From assembly GCA_001782475.1 (NCBI GenBank), contig MFOT01000008.1, positions 1 to 53,296 on the forward strand: a stretch of 53,296 nt of DNA. The letters run 5' to 3'. The translations under genes were made by a program, and so were the position numbers. This document shows, in pieces, positions 17,607-24,075 of the stretch. Each line of letters opens with the position of its first letter. The stretch's first letter is position 1. The notes under the pieces are model-generated. The model had not been told where the DNA came from and made no database searches. It saw only the letters and a list, made by a program, of their open reading frames with translations. The stretch is from Candidatus Levybacteria bacterium RIFCSPLOWO2_01_FULL_38_21 (lineage in GTDB: Bacteria; Patescibacteriota; Microgenomatia; Levybacterales; UBA12049).

Positions 17607-18847
17607 ATATTTATAGACTGAAGTCGTCTTAAAGCCTTTTCCTTATCAAAAGGGTTAATTTTTGATTTTTTAACTGCTTTTTCTAAAATATTGATAGTAT
17701 TGTCATACGTTTTCACATCAACAGAATATGGAATTGCGTCTTTTCCACCGTGAGCAAAACTGTATCTTGCCGGATCCTCATACGAAGGGCCTGCTCCATA
17801 GATGATTTCTGAGACTAGTGATAGCGCTCGTATTGTTTTAGGCCCTACTCCCTCAATTGATAATAAACTTTCATAATCCTCTGGCTTCTCATATGTTACT
17901 CTTTGAAGAATTCTTTCAAGATACTTACTTTTTGTAAAGTCTTCATAAACTACCGGATGAGTTGTAAAATGAGGATCGTTTAATTTGAGAAAAGTAAGTT
18001 GCTCATCCTTTTTGGAAGCTTGCCCTGAGCGAAGCCGAAGGGAGATCATTTTTGAATATCTTGAAAAGTGGCTCCTTAAAAGCTGTATGTCCTTCATCAA
18101 GGTGTTGTAGCTTGAAGCTGCGAGCTCTCTTGATATCTCTTTGTTTTTTCTACTTTTCTTATCAACAAGGTTTAAAACATTTTTCTTAAATACTTGAGAA
18201 GCAATTCCCGCGTGCGGTTCTTCAACAAAATCCTTCTTGTGATTTGTTATTTGTGATTTGTTATTTGTGATTTCTAGCTCATCATACCAGTGGTATCTTC
18301 TAGCAGTCGCATTTGACGTATTCATTCCTTGCTGAACAACCGCCCAACTGTCAATAAGAGAAGACGCTCTTGAAGTTTTTTTGACGGAGGAAAAGAATGC
18401 ATGATGATAAATTTGGTATCCGTCCTGAACTAAACTTGAATCAACTTTTGCTGCCATTTTTGAACTGTATGATAAGTCTTTAAGTTTCTTCTCCTCAAGA
18501 TTTAATCTTTCTCCCCAGTTTAAAATCTCATCGGGAGTTTTTAGTGAAGTTCTTCCTTTTCCTCCACAAATAAAAACTCCCAAATTTTCTTCTTCTCCTC
18601 TTATTGCTTCCTTTAAAGCTGCGGTCAATATCGTTGTAAGACCTGAGGCATTCCAGTCAAATGCAAGAACCATTCCAAGGCTCTGAAACCAAACCGGGTC
18701 TGCAATTCTTTTTAGAAATTCTGCTGCCCCATATTCATCTACTAAAACTCTAACTATTTCTCGTCCTAAAGCCACCATTCTACGAAAAAGCCATGGAGGG
18801 CACTTACCATAATCTAATGTGAAGGTAGCAATTCCTCTTCTCATCAC
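17603..18847 (-). CDS. DUF763-family protein with a helix-hairpin-helix-like segment
   Basis: 414 aa. The N-terminus ATFTLDYGKCPPWLF..DPVWFQSLG..FDWNASGLTT matches my memory of DUF763; IEGVGPKTIRAL is HhH-like. Carries a low-complexity insertion. Confidence 0.7.
   Translation of the reverse strand: MMRRGIATFTLDYGKCPPWLFRRMVALGREIVRVLVDEYGAAEFLKRIADPVWFQSLGMVLAFDWNASGLTTILTAALKEAIRGEEENLGVFICGGKGRTSLKTPDEILNWGERLNLEEKKLKDLSYSSKMAAKVDSSLVQDGYQIYHHAFFSSVKKTSRASSLIDSWAVVQQGMNTSNATARRYHWYDELEITNNKSQITNHKKDFVEEPHAGIASQVFKKNVLNLVDKKSRKNKEISRELAASSYNTLMKDIQLLRSHFSRYSKMISLRLRSGQASKKDEQLTFLKLNDPHFTTHPVVYEDFTKSKYLERILQRVTYEKPEDYESLLSIEGVGPKTIRALSLVSEIIYGAGPSYEDPARYSFAHGGKDAIPYSVDVKTYDNTINILEKAVKKSKINPFDKEKALRRLQSINI
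18018..18044. repeat. Family C element, in-frame copy inside the DUF763 gene
   Basis: The reverse complement reads CTCCCTTCGGCTTCGCTCAGGGCAAGC. Translated in frame as SLRLRSGQAS. Confidence 0.75.
18238..18273. repeat. 2.6 copies of a 14-nt tandem repeat (TGTGATTTGTTATT) inside the DUF763 gene
   Basis: Direct reading; total 36 nt so the frame is kept. Encodes ITNNKSQITNHK. Confidence 0.85.
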
Positions 18848-18870
18848 ACACTTACGGTAACACAGAAGAC

Positions 18871-19182
18871 CTAATTTCTCAAGGATTTTTGAGTAATAAT
18901 CCTGTAAGTTGAGCCAAGGCGGCTCAATTTTGATTCAAAAAGAGTTATCTTATCTACTTTCATTTTTCGGCTAATTTTAGTTAGTTTTATCTTTGGAAGT
19001 TCTAGAATATCCTTTTCCTCAAACCTCGCAAGTGTTACATGAAGTTTATATTTCCTCTTTTCTTTTTCTATCCTGAAGTGTTCGTGAAGTTTTTCGTGAA
19101 GTTTTAGAAGGCTTATTGGTTTTCGGTATTTACTGTTGATTGTGGTTGCGCGGATTGATTGCTCTCCTGTGCTGCATAAATT
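18871..19182 (-). pseudogene. Remnant of a 2H-phosphoesterase (ThpR/LigT-like RNA 2',3'-cyclic phosphodiesterase), C-terminal half only
   Basis: The open frame has no plausible start. It reads ..LLKLHEKLHEHFRIEKEKRKYKLHVTLARFEEKD...KVDKITLFESKLSRLGSTYRII. This covers the second HxTL motif and the typical C-terminal block; the first HxT motif region is absent. Confidence 0.45.
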
Positions 19183-19544
19183 TTATCTCCTGTCTTGACG
19201 ATAATCGGGCGGATTAAATTTACTCCTATCATTGCAAGCTTGTATCCGAATCCGCCAATAAAAGTCATAAGAAAAAAATGCACTGAAAGATTAAGTGCGC
19301 TATCCAAAACGCCGGGGGGGATGATGTTAAGGCTTGGGAGAAGAGCGGATAAATTTGGCTGACCGGTTGAATTTAAAGAATTTAAATCAGTATTGGATGT
19401 AGCAGGAGCTGCGCTTTTTGAAGAAGTACTGAAATAAGTGGGATGAATTATATTGGTAAATGCAAGAATTACCAGAACTACCGAAAATACCATTATAAAA
19501 ACTCCGGTTCCTAAAAAAATATATCCTGTAATTTTTGTGTTCAT
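19113..19544 (-). CDS. Small membrane protein (2-3 predicted TM segments)
   Basis: Hydrophobic stretches ITGYIFLGTGVFIMVFSVVLVILAF and FFLMTFIGGFGYKLAMIGV. Start set to ATG 19544, 6 nt after a -10 box. Confidence 0.5.
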   Translation of the reverse strand: MNTKITGYIFLGTGVFIMVFSVVLVILAFTNIIHPTYFSTSSKSAAPATSNTDLNSLNSTGQPNLSALLPSLNIIPPGVLDSALNLSVHFFLMTFIGGFGYKLAMIGVNLIRPIIVKTGDKIYAAQESNQSAQPQSTVNTENQ

Positions 19545-19550
19545 AAAACC

Positions 19551-19591
19551 ATCATAAACAACCCCCACTGCATTTGCAAGAAAAAATTATT
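19551..19591 (-). promoter_or_regulatory. Promoter module, copy 1 of a 38-nt repeat
   Basis: Minus strand reads TTGCAA (19579-19574), 17 nt spacer, TATGAT (19556-19551). Positions 19554-19591 repeat at 21604-21641 with one mismatch. Confidence 0.55.
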
Positions 19592-19679
19592 CCAATGTTC
19601 TCCCCGCCTTTTTCGGAATAAATAGAAATTTGAGAATGAAAAAAGGTGCTAATTTGTTCAAGTATTTTTTTTAAAAATC

Positions 19680-19688
19680 TGATATATT
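19680..19688 (+). promoter_or_regulatory. Extended -10 (TGATATATT) promoter of the zinc-ribbon gene
   Basis: TG-A-TATATT at 19680-19688, then 6 nt to the ATG at 19695. Confidence 0.4.
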
Positions 19689-19694
19689 ACTTTT

Positions 19695-20231
19695 ATGGAA
19701 GCGGAATGTCCCAAATGCGGATCGCCACTTGCGCCGATAACCGAAACCTCTACTGGCAGAAAACTTCAGAGATGTTCGACCGGAAGCTGGGATATTGAGA
19801 CCAAGAAAAACGTAGGCTGTGATTATATTAAATGGTTTATTCCCGAGCCCGAGACTCTTGATGAGAAATGCCCCAAATGCGGATCTCCCGTAATGCTTGT
19901 CACAACAAGGTTTGGCAAGAAAATGAAAAAATGCTCTACCAATACATGGAATAAGGAGACGAAAAAGGCAGAAGGCTGTGATTTTGTCGAATGGATAAGT
20001 GGTACCAGTGAAGAACTGGACGAGGACTGCCCGCAATGCGGCAAAAAGCTTGTGCTTTATACAACTGCGGCAGGAAAGAAAATGAAAAAATGCTCAACAA
20101 GCGGCTGGGACAGGGAGAAGAAAGTGGCAACAGGTTGTACCTATGTGCAATGGCTAAAACCAGGCGAATATCGGAAAAAAGATGAGCCAAGCGGCGAAGA
20201 GTTTTTTTCTCCTGAACCACCCCAAGAATAA
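19695..20231 (+). CDS. Protein made of three tandem C4 zinc-ribbon repeats (topoisomerase-type zinc-finger-like)
   Basis: Three repeats of about 58 aa: CP(K/Q)CG..(17-18 aa)..C(S)T..W..(10 aa)..GC.(Y/F)..W. Confidence 0.7.
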   Translation: MEAECPKCGSPLAPITETSTGRKLQRCSTGSWDIETKKNVGCDYIKWFIPEPETLDEKCPKCGSPVMLVTTRFGKKMKKCSTNTWNKETKKAEGCDFVEWISGTSEELDEDCPQCGKKLVLYTTAAGKKMKKCSTSGWDREKKVATGCTYVQWLKPGEYRKKDEPSGEEFFSPEPPQE

Positions 20232-20299
20232 GCGTCGTCTTCACGCATTTATTTTAGACTAGACGGAAAAGATTTGAAATAAATCCACTGCGGATTATA

Positions 20300-21421
20300 T
20301 TAATTAACTTCTACTAATGCAGCACCTGCTATCATTCCCGCACCAAATCCTAAAATTAAAACTTTACTTTTTTTTCTAATAAGACCTTCCCCTACCGCCT
20401 CGTGCCAGGCAAGAAAAGTAGTAGCCGAGCCGGAATTTCCATGATTTTTTATATTTGAGAAGATTTTCTTCTGATCTATGCCTAGAAATCCTCCTAAATT
20501 GTCGATCATCCGGCCATTTGCCTGATGAGGAATAACTACATCGATTTCATCACGCGTCACTCCTGCCATCTCACATGTCTCATCAATAATCGGAGGTAAC
20601 GTTGTAGAATTTACTACCCATATAAAAACTCTGTGGCCATTCATTTCGCCATACCTTAAGTTAAAACCGTATTTCTCCTCACCATAAAGCTTTTTTTCAT
20701 CACTTGGCTGTTCTACCTCACAAAAAAACAAACTTCCCTCAGGAGGTTCATATTCGGGCATTATTGAAGCACGAATTAGACCCTTAAGTTCTGGATAGTG
20801 ATGTACTACCGAACCTTTGATCCTCAGATCTTTTCCGTATGTAAATGCTATAGCGGTTGCTGCATCAGAAGGCAAAGTTATATGTATATCATCGCTAATC
20901 GGCGAAACATATTCTGATGCGATAAGCAGAATATTCTTTCCATCAAATTCACTATCGTTTTCTCTTATATGATTTAGTATCCAGACAGGACTGGTACACT
21001 CTGCATAAACGTCCTGTCTGGCTTGAACTACTTCTTTTCCTAAGGCTCTCAAGTTTTCTGCAATCTCCTTACCCAAAGATTTTTTATAGGGAAAAGTGGT
21101 AGAAGCAAAAAGGTCATCAACATGATCCCAATCTCCTCTTCCCTCCAAAGCACTCAATGCAACTCTTATTCCCATATCCGGTACGATCTGCGCCCGATTT
21201 AAAGGTGGGGCTCCGATTTCCGTACAATAATGTCTTTTTTCTATTCCGGTTACATCTTCAATATCATTTGCGCAGTAGGGTTCACCAGATTTCTTTCGAA
21301 CATTCAAAACATCTGTTAAGTAACTCACCATATCTTCGTTTAAGATAATGTTTTGCGGTGTATAAACTGCAGTACTTGCTGTAGGTCTTTCTGTCTCTTT
21401 TGGCGCAAATCGTTCTGTCAT
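20300..21421 (-). CDS. KAS III (FabH)-like thiolase-fold condensing enzyme
   Basis: 373 aa with candidate Cys-His-Asn triad (AECTSP, IPHQANGRMI, HGNSGSATT) and a C-terminal ILGFGAGM motif. Confidence 0.75.
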   Translation of the reverse strand: MTERFAPKETERPTASTAVYTPQNIILNEDMVSYLTDVLNVRKKSGEPYCANDIEDVTGIEKRHYCTEIGAPPLNRAQIVPDMGIRVALSALEGRGDWDHVDDLFASTTFPYKKSLGKEIAENLRALGKEVVQARQDVYAECTSPVWILNHIRENDSEFDGKNILLIASEYVSPISDDIHITLPSDAATAIAFTYGKDLRIKGSVVHHYPELKGLIRASIMPEYEPPEGSLFFCEVEQPSDEKKLYGEEKYGFNLRYGEMNGHRVFIWVVNSTTLPPIIDETCEMAGVTRDEIDVVIPHQANGRMIDNLGGFLGIDQKKIFSNIKNHGNSGSATTFLAWHEAVGEGLIRKKSKVLILGFGAGMIAGAALVEVN

Positions 21422-21600
21422 AAAAATATAATTCGATAATTATATGAGTTTATGATCCTAAAAGTCAATGATCAGATACTAACTGGAGTTTTTCTATGAA
21501 AACCTGGGGTTGAAAATTAGAGAATAAGTCTTGCGCGGATTATATGACGGAAAAATAAATAAGCGGAGTAGCAAAGCTATTTTACCTTTCAGGTAGCGAT

Positions 21601-21641
21601 TGTATAAACAACCCCCACGGCATTTGCAAGAAAAAATTATT
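21601..21641 (-). promoter_or_regulatory. Promoter module, copy 2 of the 38-nt repeat
   Basis: Minus strand reads TTGCAA (21629-21624), 17 nt spacer, TATACA (21606-21601). Overlaps the FKBP stop codon. No start codon follows for about 175 nt. Confidence 0.45.
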
Positions 21642-22140
21642 TTACTTCTAGAAGATCTATGTCGAAGATGAGAGCTGCGTTTGGCGGGATTACTCCCCCT
21701 GCACCCTTTTCTCCATATGCTAGTGAGGGCGGAATTATCAGTCGCCTTCTTCCGCCCACTTTCATTCCAATAATTCCCTGATCCCACCCCGCTATTACCT
21801 TGCCGGTACCTATTTCTACGGTTAAAGGTTCGCGACCTTGTGAGCTATCAAAAACTTTTCCGTTTACAAACATTCCGGTGTAATTCACGGTAATGGTATT
21901 TCCACTGGCCGCGGGTGACCCGGTTCCTACCTGTGTATCTTCAATCAGAAGTTTTGTTATGGGGGGAGGGGTCACAGCGGACGAAGAAGGTGAAGTCGCA
22001 GCTGCTGTCGGAGCCGAAGTTGGAAGAGGAATCGGAGAATTATCAAAAGGATTAGGAGGTCTTTTCTGATTTAAAGTAACAAAAATACCAATTCCTAAAA
22101 GAATTAAAAATCCGTATGCAATTAAATATTTGTTGTTCAC
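21637..22140 (-). CDS. Membrane-anchored FKBP-type peptidyl-prolyl isomerase
   Basis: N-terminal TM segment, Pro/Ala/Ser linker, then an FKBP core (GKVFDSS...VIAGWDQGIIGMKVGGRR...PPNAALIFDIDLLEV). Confidence 0.85.
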   Translation of the reverse strand: MNNKYLIAYGFLILLGIGIFVTLNQKRPPNPFDNSPIPLPTSAPTAAATSPSSSAVTPPPITKLLIEDTQVGTGSPAASGNTITVNYTGMFVNGKVFDSSQGREPLTVEIGTGKVIAGWDQGIIGMKVGGRRRLIIPPSLAYGEKGAGGVIPPNAALIFDIDLLEVK

Positions 22141-22175
22141 TTTTCCCGATTATTTTAGCAGAAATTAAGATGAGA

Positions 22176-22184
22176 TGGTATAAT
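22176..22184 (+). promoter_or_regulatory. Extended -10 (TGGTATAAT) upstream of alaS
   Basis: Direct reading, 28 nt upstream of the alaS ATG. Confidence 0.45.
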
Positions 22185-22212
22185 CGGATTAATCTTCAAT
22201 TTTAAATTTTCA

Positions 22213-24075
22213 ATGAAGGCTTCGGAAATAATAAAAAAATACATTAGTTTTTTTGAAAAACGCGGACATAAGAGAATTGTAAACTCTCCTCTTATCCCTC
22301 AAAACGATCCGACTACTCTCTTTACATCCTCGGGTATGCAGCCTTTGGTCCAGTATTTTTTGGGAGAATCGCACCCTTTAGGAAAAAGGCTTGTAAATGT
22401 TCAGAATTGTTTTAGAGCAGCCGACATTGATGAAGCTGGAGACAATAGGCATACTACTTTTTTTAGAATGCTTGGCAATTGGTCATTGGGAGATTATTTT
22501 AAAAGAGAACAATTGCCATGGTTTTTTGAATTCTTAACAGATGTTCTTAAGCTAGATCCTAAAAGATTATATGTAAGTATCTTCAGTGGATATAATAGTA
22601 TTCCCCGTGATAATGAATCCGCAAGAATTTGGAAAAAATTATTTGAGGATCTTGGAATAGACCCAAAAGATAAAATCTTTTATTATGGTGTTGATAAAAA
22701 TTGGTGGTCGCGAGCGGGTCTTCCTCAGGACATGCCAAAAGGTGAACCCGGCGGACCAGACAGTGAGGTTTTTTATGATCTGGGAACTGCCCATAATAAA
22801 AAATTTGGGAATAAGTGTCACCCGAATTGCCAATGCGGCAGATTCTTGGAAATTGGAAACTCCGTATTTATGGAATACCAGAAGACCGAAGATGGTTTTA
22901 AACCACTGCCGAATAAAAACGTAGATTTCGGCGGAGGTCTTGAGAGACTTTTAGCGGCGGTTGAAAATCAGAACGACATTTTTCAAACAAGTTTATATAG
23001 TCCAATTGTTTCGGCAATAGAAAAGACAACCGGAAGTTCTTACAAAGAAAACTCTCGAGCAATACGAATCATCGTCGATCATTTTGTTGCAGCAGTTTTT
23101 ATAGTAAAAAGTGGTGTTTCTCCATCGAATAAAGAACAGGGGTATGTCCTTCGTCGCTTAGTGAGGAGAGCTTTTGACAATATTAATTCTATAAGAGAAA
23201 TCGAAAATATGGTTGTCTCTACCAAAACGGTAGTTGAATCAATTATTTCTCAATATAAAACTACAGATCCGGATCTTGTACAAAATTTTGAAAGAATAGT
23301 AAGCACAATTTTGGAAGAGATCAATAAATACAGATTTACAATTAATAAGGCGCGAAGTTTTATTCAAAAAAAATATCCACAGATAGGAGACGAACTTAAG
23401 GGAGTTAAAAAAATATCCATAGATGATGCATTTATTCTTTACTCAACCCACGGACTTTCTCCTACCCAAATAAAAAGTCTGGGATATGTTTTTAGCGTGA
23501 GGGAATTTGCAAAAAAAATGGAAGAACACCAACGAGTTTCAAGGAAAGGGGCGCAGGGGAAATTCGCAGGAGGACTTGTGGACCATAGTGATCAAACAAT
23601 AATAGGACATACTGCAACACATCTCATGCACCAGGCCTTACGAGATGTTTTGGGAAATAAAGTTTTTCAAACAGGATCAAATATTACAAGTGAAAGGATA
23701 AGATTTGATTTTTCTTATGATAAGAAATTAACCAATGAAGAAATTTCAAAAGTTGAGAAAATAGTAAATGAAAAGATTGAGAAAAATTTGCCTGTTCATT
23801 TTGAAATAATGCCGCTTAAAAAAGCAAAAGAAATAGGAGCAATCGGACTTTTTAACGAAAAATATGAAGGTAAAGTTAAAGTATATTTTATTGGAGGTCC
23901 TTCGACTCACTCTGTTCGCTCAGGGCAACCTCATACGCAAGCGTACTCGGTTGAATTTTGCGGAGGACCCCATGTTGATTTTACAGGAAAGCTAAAAAGG
24001 TTTAAGATAATAAGGCAGGAAAACATAGGACATAGCCAAAGAAGAATCTATGCCAAAGTTGGCGCTTTTTTATGA
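22213..24075 (+). CDS. alaS: Alanine--tRNA ligase, short form (catalytic plus editing domains, no C-Ala domain)
   Basis: 620 aa. N-terminal class II AlaRS blocks (FTSSGMQP, RHTTFFRMLGNWS) and editing-site HTATHLMH and CGGPHV motifs. The ORF ends soon after. Confidence 0.9.
   Translation: MKASEIIKKYISFFEKRGHKRIVNSPLIPQNDPTTLFTSSGMQPLVQYFLGESHPLGKRLVNVQNCFRAADIDEAGDNRHTTFFRMLGNWSLGDYFKREQLPWFFEFLTDVLKLDPKRLYVSIFSGYNSIPRDNESARIWKKLFEDLGIDPKDKIFYYGVDKNWWSRAGLPQDMPKGEPGGPDSEVFYDLGTAHNKKFGNKCHPNCQCGRFLEIGNSVFMEYQKTEDGFKPLPNKNVDFGGGLERLLAAVENQNDIFQTSLYSPIVSAIEKTTGSSYKENSRAIRIIVDHFVAAVFIVKSGVSPSNKEQGYVLRRLVRRAFDNINSIREIENMVVSTKTVVESIISQYKTTDPDLVQNFERIVSTILEEINKYRFTINKARSFIQKKYPQIGDELKGVKKISIDDAFILYSTHGLSPTQIKSLGYVFSVREFAKKMEEHQRVSRKGAQGKFAGGLVDHSDQTIIGHTATHLMHQALRDVLGNKVFQTGSNITSERIRFDFSYDKKLTNEEISKVEKIVNEKIEKNLPVHFEIMPLKKAKEIGAIGLFNEKYEGKVKVYFIGGPSTHSVRSGQPHTQAYSVEFCGGPHVDFTGKLKRFKIIRQENIGHSQRRIYAKVGAFL
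23898..23930. repeat. Family C element, in-frame copy inside alaS
   Basis: TCCTTCGACTCACTCTGTTCGCTCAGGGCAACC, translated GPSTHSVRSGQP. Lies directly upstream of the CGGPHV editing-site motif. Confidence 0.7.

Noticed and set aside
1001-18273. Short tandem repeats (7-nt units at 1001-1028, 14-nt units at 18238-18273) considered as possible CRISPR or minisatellite arrays
   Set aside because: The units are contiguous with no spacers and far too short for CRISPR repeats. No cas genes are present in the window.
21494-21787. 97-aa minus-strand ORF spanning the FKBP 3' end and the downstream spacer
   Set aside because: It overlaps the well-supported FKBP gene out of frame. It is rich in Arg/Ser/Cys and shows no family resemblance.
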